DNA of 34,355 nucleotides from the UHGV virus genome UHGV-2160239. One strand, given 5' to 3'. This DNA is from a virus. The notes beneath the pieces were generated by a model, which ran no database searches, was not told the DNA's origin, and saw nothing but the letters and a program-made list of their open reading frames with translations. Below are positions 26,178-34,355 of the stretch, piece after piece. Both the position numbers and the translations under genes were made by a program. Each line of letters starts with the position of its first letter. Positions within the stretch are counted from its first letter, which is position 1.

Positions 26178-29021
26178 TCAATCTTTATCGTAAAAACTGC
26201 CACGTCCGGCACGGGCGCGCCGTTCCATCTCTGCCCTGACCATTTCACCGACCAGTTTCGCCAGTTCGCGGGGATTCTGCGTAACAACGTTATGCAGATG
26301 AACATGAATTTCACCGCCAAATCTGGAGACAGCAGGCTCCCGATTACGGGAAGCTGCAGGAACTGATGCCACTGGCGATCGTATGGCCTCCGCCACTGGG
26401 CGGGAGCTGGCCGTAACAACAGGGACCAGCGCCGGAGGCAGCGGAGCCGGGACCACGGGTGTGATCTTAATTGCGGGGGCAGGCTTACTGACCTGCGCAA
26501 TCTTCCGCTCCTGCCACTCCCCACGAACAGCAAGTGCGCGGGGCAGGTTCTTAAAGACAATATCGCCAGGGCCAATGCGTTTTTTCGTCTCATCAACCAG
26601 CTTACCTGTGTTATCAGCAATCTTGCTGAGTCTGCGTAGCGTACCGGTATTGCTGTCTGTGAGCGGTTTGTTGTCTTTGGGTTTATCGCCTCCGGTGCCA
26701 TTGCCATTTTCCGTAGACTTCGGCGGATTGATTTTCGCAATGTCTCCCTGAAACAGAGCAACCTTGTCCTGAAGAATGGCTGCACGCTGCGCGTCTTCGA
26801 TTTTCTTTCTCGCCATTTCCGCTTCATCCGGAAGCACACCGAGTTTTTCAAGTATCCACGCCAGCGTATCCAGCAACATTTTTGCAGGCGTCAAAACAAG
26901 CTGTAACGCGCCACCAAGAACGTTACCGAATACCTCGCCAGCACTGGCACATTTATCCAGCGTTTCCTTGCTGGACTCCATCGGTGACAGCAGCGATTTA
27001 AACCAGTTAAACACCTGGCTGATCCCGCTTCCGATTACGTCAAAAACAGGGCCAAACCGTTCAAAGGTTTCGCGCAACGGGGTCAGCCTTTCCATAATCC
27101 CGCTGAACACCCCGGCAAAAAATGCCCTGATGGGATCCCAGTATTTCCAGATAAGAATGGCAGCTCCGGCAAGCGCAGCCACGATAAGACCAACCGGACT
27201 GAACAGCGCTCCGATAGCACCTCCCAGCAAAGAAACGGAACCCGTCACCATTCCCCATAGTGCTGGCAGGAGCCTGACAGCATTCATTGATCCGGTCAGG
27301 AGGGAAAAACCAAGACGCAGTTTTGCCAGTGGGCCAGCAAGCACACCAAGAGCAAGCGACAACGAGCCTACGGTTGCAGTCACTGCCAGCAGCGCACCGC
27401 CTGCAATCAGTAGCTGGCGCGTCAGTACAGGATGGGCCTGCGCCAGTGCCGTCACCTTTGAGACCACCCGCGTTAGCCACTGCGTGACAGAACGCAGCGA
27501 ACCGTCAACCAGATCACTGATGCGAATACGAAGACCTTCCCATGCGCTGTCGAGATTTTTCAGGTCGCCATCAAGGTTGTCGGCCATAACCTTTGCTGTG
27601 CGTTCAGCCTCACCGCGTGCGCCCTCAAGTTCTTTTCTCAGTTTGGGTAAGGAACCGTCACCCGCCGCATCAACGAGCGCCATAAACGATGTGAAAGCCT
27701 CTTCCCCGGCGATGTCCTTAAAGAAGGATACCCGGTCAACTTCCCCGTATTTGCGGGTAGCTTTATAAAGGTCAGCCAGCAGATCTTCCATCGGGCGCAT
27801 TTTGCCCCCGGCATCCGAGACGGACACGCCCAGCTCTTTCAGAGCTTCTGCCGCCGCCTTTGGCGGTGATGCCAGACGAGCCAGGCTGGCACGCATTGCC
27901 GTCCCGGCATCACTCCCTCTGATGCCCATATTCGCCAGCACGCCAGCCATCGCTGCGGCCTGCTCCAGCGATATTCCCAGTTTACCCGCCACCGGACCTG
28001 CATATTTCATGGTTTCGCCCAGTGCGCGAAGGTCAGTGTTGGTACGGGTAAACGCTGCGGTGAGTGTGTCACCGACCCGGTCCATCTGGTCAGCAGAAAG
28101 GCCGAACTGCGTCAGGATATTTGAGCCAATATCTGCCGTCTCGCCGAGATCCATACCGCCAGCCGTTGCCATGCTCAGCACGCCGGGAAGCGCAGCCTGA
28201 ATGGCCTGCGGAGTGAAGCCAGCCATTGCAAGAAATGCCTGTCCACTGGCGGCATCGCCTGCGGTGAACTGCGTTTCAGAGCCAAGTTTTAACGCCTGCT
28301 CACGCAGCGCCTTAAACTGCGGGCTGTTTTTGTCGATTCGCGTCAGCGCCTGAACGCGGGACATCTCTTTCCCGAACCCGATCGCAGGCTGCAAAAAACG
28401 CCCGGCGGCATAACCGCCAGCCGCTGCCGCACCAATTGCCAGCGCACCACCTGTTTTCAGTTTTCCCGCAGTTTCCTGCGCGCGCGAATACCGCTCACGC
28501 GCCCGCGTTACACGCGCAAGCGCCTGCCGTTCGCGTTCAAGCTGGTTGTTGTACTGTTCGGTGCGTCTGATGGCCTGCTGGATGGTGTTATCGCTGCCTG
28601 TCAGGGAAATGCCGTGGCGTTTCAGCTCTCCGCCAAGCTCCCGCATTTTCTGAATTTCCCGTGTGCGCGATTCATTCAGGCGTTCAAGCCGGGTGCTTAA
28701 CTGCTGCATCAGCTTTTGCTGTTTTTCGCTGAGCACTGTACCCGTGCGTTGTAACTGATTAAGGGCGTTAAGCTGGCGTCGTGCTTTTACGATGCCCGCA
28801 TCCGCTTTACTGACAGCGTCACGGGCGCGCTCAAATGAACGCGCCTGACGCTCGAGATTTTTGATCGCCCCCTGCGTTCGCTGGATAGAGTCACCAAACT
28901 GCCCCATCAGGCGGCGGGCGTTTTCGGCAGGCCGGGTCAGCCTGTCAACGGCGCTGAAAGCGACCCGGATATCAAGAGTCTTCATTGTCTGCATTCCCGC
29001 TGCGAAGTGCCGCCCGCTCAC
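26178..29021 (-). CDS. T: Tail tape measure protein (P2 gpT-like)
   Basis: 947 aa; coiled-coil N-terminal region, central Gly/Ala-rich hydrophobic repeats; between E and U. Confidence 0.9.
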   Translation of the reverse strand: MSGRHFAAGMQTMKTLDIRVAFSAVDRLTRPAENARRLMGQFGDSIQRTQGAIKNLERQARSFERARDAVSKADAGIVKARRQLNALNQLQRTGTVLSEKQQKLMQQLSTRLERLNESRTREIQKMRELGGELKRHGISLTGSDNTIQQAIRRTEQYNNQLERERQALARVTRARERYSRAQETAGKLKTGGALAIGAAAAGGYAAGRFLQPAIGFGKEMSRVQALTRIDKNSPQFKALREQALKLGSETQFTAGDAASGQAFLAMAGFTPQAIQAALPGVLSMATAGGMDLGETADIGSNILTQFGLSADQMDRVGDTLTAAFTRTNTDLRALGETMKYAGPVAGKLGISLEQAAAMAGVLANMGIRGSDAGTAMRASLARLASPPKAAAEALKELGVSVSDAGGKMRPMEDLLADLYKATRKYGEVDRVSFFKDIAGEEAFTSFMALVDAAGDGSLPKLRKELEGARGEAERTAKVMADNLDGDLKNLDSAWEGLRIRISDLVDGSLRSVTQWLTRVVSKVTALAQAHPVLTRQLLIAGGALLAVTATVGSLSLALGVLAGPLAKLRLGFSLLTGSMNAVRLLPALWGMVTGSVSLLGGAIGALFSPVGLIVAALAGAAILIWKYWDPIRAFFAGVFSGIMERLTPLRETFERFGPVFDVIGSGISQVFNWFKSLLSPMESSKETLDKCASAGEVFGNVLGGALQLVLTPAKMLLDTLAWILEKLGVLPDEAEMARKKIEDAQRAAILQDKVALFQGDIAKINPPKSTENGNGTGGDKPKDNKPLTDSNTGTLRRLSKIADNTGKLVDETKKRIGPGDIVFKNLPRALAVRGEWQERKIAQVSKPAPAIKITPVVPAPLPPALVPVVTASSRPVAEAIRSPVASVPAASRNREPAVSRFGGEIHVHLHNVVTQNPRELAKLVGEMVRAEMERRARAGRGSFYDKD

Positions 29022-29243
29022 GCCAGCTAACCACTTCGCCGGGCGTCATCATGAAGATTTCGGCGGGCGACCAGTTAAAAATGGCGGCAATATCCGCCAC
29101 CAGATCTTCGATGTGCTCAAAGCACACCAGGGTGATTACGCTGCCGTCTCCTGCACGCTCTTCGCGCCAGAGTCTGGCTCGCTCATAAAATTTACAGCCA
29201 CAGCGCACAACTGAATAAAATCGCGTGACGACATTTTTTTAAT
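28972..29243 (-). CDS. E-prime extension frame (translated only after a -1 frameshift from E)
   Basis: Open -1 frame beginning at the A7 slippery run (plus-strand T7 at 29234-29240) inside E and ending just inside the T start; arrangement analogous to P2 E/E+E' and lambda G/GT. Confidence 0.45.
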
Positions 29244-29504
29244 CATCACTTCATCCAGTCGTGGCGAAGTCACGCGAGGCAACAGCGTGAACATGGTATC
29301 CGCTTTCAGATTCAGCACATCAGACAGCGACAAACCTCGCAGGGATCCAGCCTGCTCAATAGCCCCGGTGATCTCCACATACGTGATTTTTTCGCCGCCA
29401 CGCTCAATTGGCCGGGAAAGTTTTACGCCGCGCTCGCTGGTTTCTTTCGCAGTATCAGCAACCACCACAGCGTTTTCAGTATCGGTATTTTTCGTCTCTT
29501 TCAT
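29136..29504 (-). CDS. E: Tail assembly chaperone (P2 gpE-like)
   Basis: 122 aa between the tube and tape measure genes; contains the in-frame AAA AAA A slippery run near its 3-prime end. Confidence 0.8.
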   Translation of the reverse strand: MKETKNTDTENAVVVADTAKETSERGVKLSRPIERGGEKITYVEITGAIEQAGSLRGLSLSDVLNLKADTMFTLLPRVTSPRLDEVMIKKMSSRDFIQLCAVAVNFMSEPDSGAKSVQETAA

Positions 29505-29558
29505 CAGAAAACTCCTTTCAGTCAGAGGCGACGCACTGCGCCGCCTGCATATTACTTA

Positions 29559-30071
29559 TCAGCCAAGCCCAAGCGCGGAACGGATGCGATCGGGCACAAT
29601 GTCCTTGCCGTCCTTCCGGTAAATGAAGTTCAGCAGGTCAATCTCCCACAACGGGCGATCGTTAACACTCAGCTTGTAGTAGGTGTTTTTAATGGCGTAA
29701 GTGTGTGATGTGGCTTCGCCCTGTTTGGCTTCTCCCATATCAATTTCCGTCACACGTCCGCGCATTTCGACTTCATACAGGTCGCTTTCTGCATCGGTGT
29801 AGTATTCACCCGCAAAACGCAGCAGCGTGCCGTCAATCGTGCCGCCATACTTAAGGAACAGCTCACGAACTGCGCCCCCCATGACAAAGCTTGCATCAAG
29901 CGCGGAGTCGTCCAGACCGAGATCAATACTTACCGCCCCCATCATGCCACCACCCCGGTAGCTGTCGGTTTTGCGCGTCAGCTTAGGCAGAGTGACGGAC
30001 GTCACCTTACCCACTTCGTTTTCACCATCCACAAACAGCGTAAAAAAGCGAAGATGTTTTGGCACAGCCAT
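29559..30071 (-). CDS. FII: Tail tube protein (P2 gpFII-like)
   Basis: 170 aa; LPKLTRK..YRGGGM.GA ... DLGLDD pattern matches gpFII as I recall it. Confidence 0.9.
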   Translation of the reverse strand: MAVPKHLRFFTLFVDGENEVGKVTSVTLPKLTRKTDSYRGGGMMGAVSIDLGLDDSALDASFVMGGAVRELFLKYGGTIDGTLLRFAGEYYTDAESDLYEVEMRGRVTEIDMGEAKQGEATSHTYAIKNTYYKLSVNDRPLWEIDLLNFIYRKDGKDIVPDRIRSALGLG

Positions 30072-31255
30072 CAGGCACCTCCCAACACCGCAAATGCGGG
30101 TTCAAAGTATTCATCAGTAAACGTCTGGTAAAGCTCCATGTCTTCCAGTGGCGGAACGGGCGTATATTTGTAGCGAATACGCACACGCCCCTGACGTAAA
30201 TCCGTGGTGCTGTTATCCACCACGTCATACCAGCACTCCGCGCCAATCAGTTTCCCGGCAGTAACCAGCGAATCCAGTTTTGCCCTGATGGCACTGATAA
30301 CATCCTTCACGTTCGCAGGCGTCAGTGGACTGTCGATGGTTTCAAACTGCGCTTCCGCAATTGAATCAGCCAGCACCTGTGCGGTTCGGGTATACACCTC
30401 AAAGATGTAGGCGTTCGTTTCCGGTGTGCGATTGCCCCAGAAGCGGAACCCGTTGCGACGAATAATGGTCGTGATTTCTTTGTTGTTGAGGCTGTTGGCA
30501 TCACTGTCTTCGGCCTGCAACGACCAGAACACATGCCTGGACATTCCCAGCACATTTTTAACCGGAACGTTGGACAGCGATTTGTGCCAGCCCTGCTCAT
30601 GGTCAATGTACGCACGAAGGCCGCACGCATAGGCAGGCGCGGGTAACGTTTCGTTTTCGCCACTTTTCGGGTTGTAGGCGATGAAGTCCGGCCATAAGAG
30701 CATCACTTCACGTTCGTTGAATTTCTGGCGGTAGGTAATCGCTTCAGCCATCGTGTTACAGCCGTGACATGAGGCATACACAAACGCGCGCAGTTTACCC
30801 GCAATCACGCACAGGGATTTTGTCACCGCCTCCGTGTCCAGCTCCGGCGCGGCCAGAATACGCGGACGGTATCCGATGCTTTCATCCTGCTCTGCAACAA
30901 GCAGCGCATACATCCCCGTATAGCTGCCGTCATCCTCAGAACCACCGATAACCAGTTGATCCTGCGTCTTACCGTCTTCTTCTTTGTGTTCAGCCACGCG
31001 AACGACGATCACCTTTGTGCTCACCTGGTCTGCGATGGCCTTAAGCGCACGATAAAGCGTCCCCGTTGTTCCGCATTTTCCCAGCACGTCATTGACGCGG
31101 GTCAGCAGTGTGGGCTTGTTCAGCGGGAACAGCTTCGCGTCCGCATCATCCGCCGTTGCCACGATACCGATAACGCTGGAATCAACATCGTTAATCGCTG
31201 TTACCAGGTCGGTATTTTCCGTAACACGGGCACCATGAAAACGAGTTTCACTCAT
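30071..31255 (-). CDS. FI: Contractile tail sheath protein (P2 gpFI-like)
   Basis: 394 aa; blocks FPLNKP, LRAF.YASC.GC, QGWHKSLSNV, RRNGFRFWGNRT, YTRTAQV, YKYTPVPPLE collinear with the sheath family. Confidence 0.9.
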   Translation of the reverse strand: MSETRFHGARVTENTDLVTAINDVDSSVIGIVATADDADAKLFPLNKPTLLTRVNDVLGKCGTTGTLYRALKAIADQVSTKVIVVRVAEHKEEDGKTQDQLVIGGSEDDGSYTGMYALLVAEQDESIGYRPRILAAPELDTEAVTKSLCVIAGKLRAFVYASCHGCNTMAEAITYRQKFNEREVMLLWPDFIAYNPKSGENETLPAPAYACGLRAYIDHEQGWHKSLSNVPVKNVLGMSRHVFWSLQAEDSDANSLNNKEITTIIRRNGFRFWGNRTPETNAYIFEVYTRTAQVLADSIAEAQFETIDSPLTPANVKDVISAIRAKLDSLVTAGKLIGAECWYDVVDNSTTDLRQGRVRIRYKYTPVPPLEDMELYQTFTDEYFEPAFAVLGGA

Positions 31256-31412
31256 AGCTTCAGCCCCTTGTATCCGTTAAATGATTCGGCAACAATCATC
31301 ACCCACCACGCGCGTAATCTCACCCCTGCGCCGTTCTCCCGACCCAGCGACAACAAAAAGCAGTAACCCCCTCCGCACGCACATGCGACCATGCCGCACA
31401 GGGAGGGAACAG

Positions 31413-32522
31413 ATGACCGACACCACCATGCAATTGCTCAGTCAGGGCACAGACCCCGTGAAAATGCCGGATTTTGATATTCTTGCGGAGGGTAAAACGC
31501 TGTCAGGCGTGGCAGAGCGCCTGATGAGCCTGTCACTGACCGACAACCGGGGATTTGAGGCGGACCAGCTCACCATCACGCTGGATGATGCGGATGGTCA
31601 GTTGCAGCTACCGCCACGGGGCGCGCGCCTGACGGTTCTCATTGGCTGGAAAGGAGAACCGCTGACAGAAAAAGGCACTTACATTGTTGATGAAATCGCT
31701 CACGAAGGACCGCCGGACAGGCTGACAGTTTCAGCCAGAAGCGCAGATTTTCGGGATGAATTTAACGTTAAACGTGAGGTGTCCTGGCATGATGTGACCG
31801 TTGAGCGTGTGGTATCCGCCATCGCTCATCGGTATGGTCTGAAACCGCAAATCAGCGAAATGCTGATGGATATTGAAATCGACCACGCCGACCAGACCGA
31901 AGAAAGCGACATGTCCTTCCTTACGCGCATGGCGGAAATGCTGGGCGCAATCACTACGGTAAAAAGCGGTAATCTGTTATTCATCATGCCAGGCGGTGGC
32001 GTGAACGCGCAGGGCCAGCCGTTGCCCTCGTTCGCCATCACACGCAGCAGCGGCGATCGCCATCAGTTCCGCATTGCTGACCGAGAGGCGTATACGGGGG
32101 TACGCGCTTACTGGCTTGATCTTAATTACGGGAAAAAGAAAAAAGTCAGCGTGAAACGCCGCAAACCGACAAAACCCAAAAAGGAGAAAAGCAGCAGCCG
32201 TGAAGGTGATTATATGGAAGGCGCGGAAGGCAATGTGTTTGTGTTACGCAAGACTTATCAGAACGAGCAGGCAGCAAGACGCGCAGCGGCGGCAAAGTGG
32301 CAGCAGCTACAACGCGGAGCCGCATCATTCTCCATCACGCTGGCGCGTGGACGCGCAGAACTCTATCCCGAAATGCATGGCACGGTAGCAGGCTTTAAAA
32401 GCGATATTGATAATCAGGACTGGATTATTGCAAAAGCCGAGCACACCATTGATAACAGCGGCTTTACCACGCAGCTTGAGCTTGAAGCAAAAATCCCGGA
32501 ATGGATAGCAGAAACAGAGTGA
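31413..32522 (+). CDS. D: Tail / late control protein D (P2 gpD-like)
   Basis: 369 aa from ATG 31413 (GGGAGGG RBS); size and position next to ogr as P2 D; on the strand opposite to FI-U here. Confidence 0.8.
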   Translation: MTDTTMQLLSQGTDPVKMPDFDILAEGKTLSGVAERLMSLSLTDNRGFEADQLTITLDDADGQLQLPPRGARLTVLIGWKGEPLTEKGTYIVDEIAHEGPPDRLTVSARSADFRDEFNVKREVSWHDVTVERVVSAIAHRYGLKPQISEMLMDIEIDHADQTEESDMSFLTRMAEMLGAITTVKSGNLLFIMPGGGVNAQGQPLPSFAITRSSGDRHQFRIADREAYTGVRAYWLDLNYGKKKKVSVKRRKPTKPKKEKSSSREGDYMEGAEGNVFVLRKTYQNEQAARRAAAAKWQQLQRGAASFSITLARGRAELYPEMHGTVAGFKSDIDNQDWIIAKAEHTIDNSGFTTQLELEAKIPEWIAETE

Positions 32523-32564
32523 GCAACTTAGAATAGCGGCAACACCACGTTAAGGGAGGTCGCT

Positions 32565-32825
32565 ATGTTCCGTTGTCCGCTTTGTGGCGCATCTGCCCGT
32601 ATCCGCACCAGTCGTTCGGAAAATGATTCAAACACCGTACGGAAAAAATATTACCAGTGTAACAACCTGGAATGCGGCATAAGTTTCTCAACACTGGAAG
32701 CTTTCCATAAATTCACATCGAAACACGCCCCCGGCGTTCACTCTTCAGAAGGTATCCCGTGGAATGAGCTGCCAGCTTCGCACAGGGGAAACAATCAGAT
32801 GAGCTTGCCTTTACCTCAGAATTAA
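32565..32825 (+). CDS. ogr: Late gene transcriptional activator, Ogr/Delta zinc-finger family
   Basis: 86 aa; MFRCPLCGASARIRTSR ... YYQCNNLECGISF gives the Cys4 zinc finger of Ogr; strong GGGAGG RBS. Confidence 0.85.
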   Translation: MFRCPLCGASARIRTSRSENDSNTVRKKYYQCNNLECGISFSTLEAFHKFTSKHAPGVHSSEGIPWNELPASHRGNNQMSLPLPQN

Positions 32826-32913
32826 CAGGCAGAATTGCCGGAGTAACAAAAAAGCGATAGATTACGCGCGGGTGCCTTTCGGCTGATGGTCGGAGGGAGT
32901 ACCCGAAGGCCAG

Positions 32914-33099
32914 ATGTGGAAAGGCCCCGAGTCAACTTTAATGTTAACCCGAGGCCCTAACCATCTACCCTTAGCAAGTGATAGGTTAGCGCCTCCCCGA
33001 AAAAGGAGCAAGCGCTATGTCGCAAAAATCGCTTACGGTCATCACGTTCTGCGTGACGGCAATCCTCATCATCTGGATGCTGCACGGTTCGCTGTGTGA
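32914..33099 (+). CDS. mok: mok-like overlapping reading frame of the hok locus
   Basis: 61-aa ORF in a different frame overlapping most of the hok coding sequence, as in hok/mok/sok loci; may only be a translational-coupling frame. Confidence 0.35.
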   Translation: MWKGPESTLMLTRGPNHLPLASDRLAPPRKRSKRYVAKIAYGHHVLRDGNPHHLDAARFAV

Positions 33100-33157
33100 A
33101 ATACGGATGAGCTTCTGGGGAGCGGAGTTTGCGGCGTTCTTACAGTGTAAGCAGTAA
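33017..33157 (+). CDS. hok: Hok/Gef-family type I toxin (46 aa)
   Basis: MSQKSLTVITFCVTAILIIWMLHGSLCEIRMSFWGAEFAAFLQCKQ: N-terminal TM helix plus the SLCEIR and E.AAF Hok/Gef signature; AGGAG RBS; 5-prime GGTGCCTTTCG and 3-prime CGAAACGGCACC are complementary, like hok mRNA tac/fbi elements. Confidence 0.7.
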   Translation: MSQKSLTVITFCVTAILIIWMLHGSLCEIRMSFWGAEFAAFLQCKQ

Positions 33158-33243
33158 GGAAACCGCGACGGGGGAGTAATCCCCCGTCAATCGGTTGCTA
33201 AGGTCGGTCGAAACGGCACCCTATCTCACAGACATGAACAACA

Positions 33244-33276
33244 AACCCGCAGCGTAAAAACTGCGGGTTTTCTTTT
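33244..33276 (+). terminator. Rho-independent terminator downstream of hok
   Basis: ACCCGCAG-CGTAAAAA-CTGCGGGT stem-loop followed by TTTTCTTTTT. Confidence 0.6.
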
Positions 33277-33406
33277 TGCTACCCTCACAAATGAGGGCAC
33301 CATACATAAGCAATAGACATAACAGATCGATGCAATAAATCCGATCGATAAAAACGATCGATTTGTTATCATATCGGCAGCAGTAACCACACAAGAGGTG
33401 CCGCAA

Positions 33407-33604
33407 ATGACGCAAAATGTACGATGCAAAAATTGCAACAAACTACTTGCCCGCGCCTCATTTCACTACATTGAAATAAAATGTCCGCGCTGCAAAACAC
33501 TTAACCAGATAACGAGAGCCATTGAGCACCCCACACGCATGAGGAGTTATGACCGTGGGGATCGCAACCCAGCATCAACCAGTACATACACCGGAACACA
33601 CTAA
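33407..33604 (+). CDS. com: Com-like zinc-finger translational regulator (Mu Com family)
   Basis: 65 aa; RCKNCNKLLARASFHYIEIKCPRCKTLNQ is closely similar to Mu Com (CKNCNKLL ... IEIRCPRCK); 3-prime end overlaps the start of the methyltransferase gene as com overlaps mom in Mu. Confidence 0.75.
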   Translation: MTQNVRCKNCNKLLARASFHYIEIKCPRCKTLNQITRAIEHPTRMRSYDRGDRNPASTSTYTGTH

Positions 33605-34355
33605 GATTTACCAGATTGACAATGCCACGCTCTGTTGTGGAAATGCACTGGAAATATTGCCGCTGATTGAGCCAGAAAGCATTGATGCCTTAATCACTGA
33701 CCCGCCTTACAGTTCGGGGGCGACACACAAGGCCGGACGCACCAACCAGGGCAGTCATGCAAAATATCTGAACGGCGAGAACCTTCACCGCTTTGATGGG
33801 TTCGCGGGTGAGAACATGGACGCCCGTTCGTGGGCTTACTGGACACAATTATGGATGGCACAGGCACTACGTGCAGTCAGGTCGGGCGGTTATGCCCTGG
33901 TATTTACTGACTGGCGACAACTGCCTGCTTTAACCGATGCGTTTCAGGCCAGCGGTTTTACATGGCGTGGAATCATTGCGTGGAACAAAGGAAAGGGGTC
34001 ACGAACACCCCATACGGGGTATTTCCGGCATCAGTGCGAATACATTGTCTGGGGCAGCAAAGGCCATTTAGGTAAATCGCCTTCGGGGCCGTTCGACGGC
34101 TGCATGACGTTCCCGGTTATCCCGTCAAAGAAAATGCACCCGACCGGAAAACCAGAAGAACTAATGGCGGAGCTGGTCAGGACTGCGAATAGTGGCGGAA
34201 CAGTCCTTGATCCTTTTATGGGGTCGGGAACAACGGGTGTGGCTGCACTGAAAGCAGGGCGAAAATTTATTGGTATAGAAACCAGTGATCATTATTTTGA
34301 GGTAGCAGCGCAGCGGCTTCGGGGGAGTATTACCACAACCATTTCGACGACATAA
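33549..34355 (+). CDS. DNA methyltransferase, beta-class N6-adenine (or N4-cytosine) type, no restriction partner in window
   Basis: 268 aa; motif IV DPPY near the N-terminus and AdoMet motif I FMGSGTTGVAA near the C-terminus (beta-class order, CcrM/M.RsrI-like); stop is at the window end. Start at 33549 or GTG 33555. Confidence 0.85.
   Translation: MTVGIATQHQPVHTPEHTKIYQIDNATLCCGNALEILPLIEPESIDALITDPPYSSGATHKAGRTNQGSHAKYLNGENLHRFDGFAGENMDARSWAYWTQLWMAQALRAVRSGGYALVFTDWRQLPALTDAFQASGFTWRGIIAWNKGKGSRTPHTGYFRHQCEYIVWGSKGHLGKSPSGPFDGCMTFPVIPSKKMHPTGKPEELMAELVRTANSGGTVLDPFMGSGTTGVAALKAGRKFIGIETSDHYFEVAAQRLRGSITTTISTT

Noticed and set aside
26776-28200. Plus-strand ORFs of 330 aa and 132 aa inside the tape measure gene
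   Set aside because: Antisense to the 947-aa tape measure ORF; Ser/Ala/Pro-rich low-complexity translations typical of antisense frames of GC-rich coiled-coil genes.
1-34355. tRNA gene as integration target, or attL/attR core repeats
   Set aside because: No cloverleaf-compatible tRNA-like sequence recognised; the integrase 3-prime end abuts window position 1, so the adjacent att core is expected outside the window and a matching right-hand copy cannot be identified.
32826-34355. Treating the hok and com-methyltransferase loci as certainly part of the prophage
   Set aside because: They lie beyond ogr, where the right attachment site is expected; without the att core they could be phage cargo or flanking host/island DNA, so membership is left open.

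Overview
The window is essentially one P2-like (Peduovirus-type) temperate myovirus prophage of an enterobacterial host, read from the stop codon of the integrase to an orphan DNA methyltransferase. All calls are from reading the sequence and the supplied ORF translations; no database search was run, so family assignments rest on recognisable motifs and recalled family features. Gene order: int and C repressor (minus strand), cox, a block of small early genes ending in a membrane SPFH/band-7 lipoprotein operon, replication endonuclease A, an accessory island where P2 carries tin/old, a putative cos region, portal Q and terminase P (minus), then O-N-M-L-X capsid genes, a lysis cassette, tail/baseplate genes R-S-V-W-J-I-H-G, the sheath-to-U tail operon (FI-FII-E-T-U) on the minus strand, D and ogr on the plus strand, a hok/mok-like toxin locus and a com-like gene overlapping a methyltransferase. 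The accessory island holds a parC-parM-parR partition cassette, a standalone ClpX-type zinc-finger protein and a translationally coupled pair of uncharacterised genes; this pair and the early SPFH operon are the best candidates for an undescribed system. Also notable are the inverted orientation of the FI-U operon relative to D/ogr, a tail-to-tail remnant of a second tail-fibre assembly gene, and a cluster of three GATC sites upstream of com. The left attachment site should lie just outside the window start; the right prophage boundary cannot be fixed from sequence alone.
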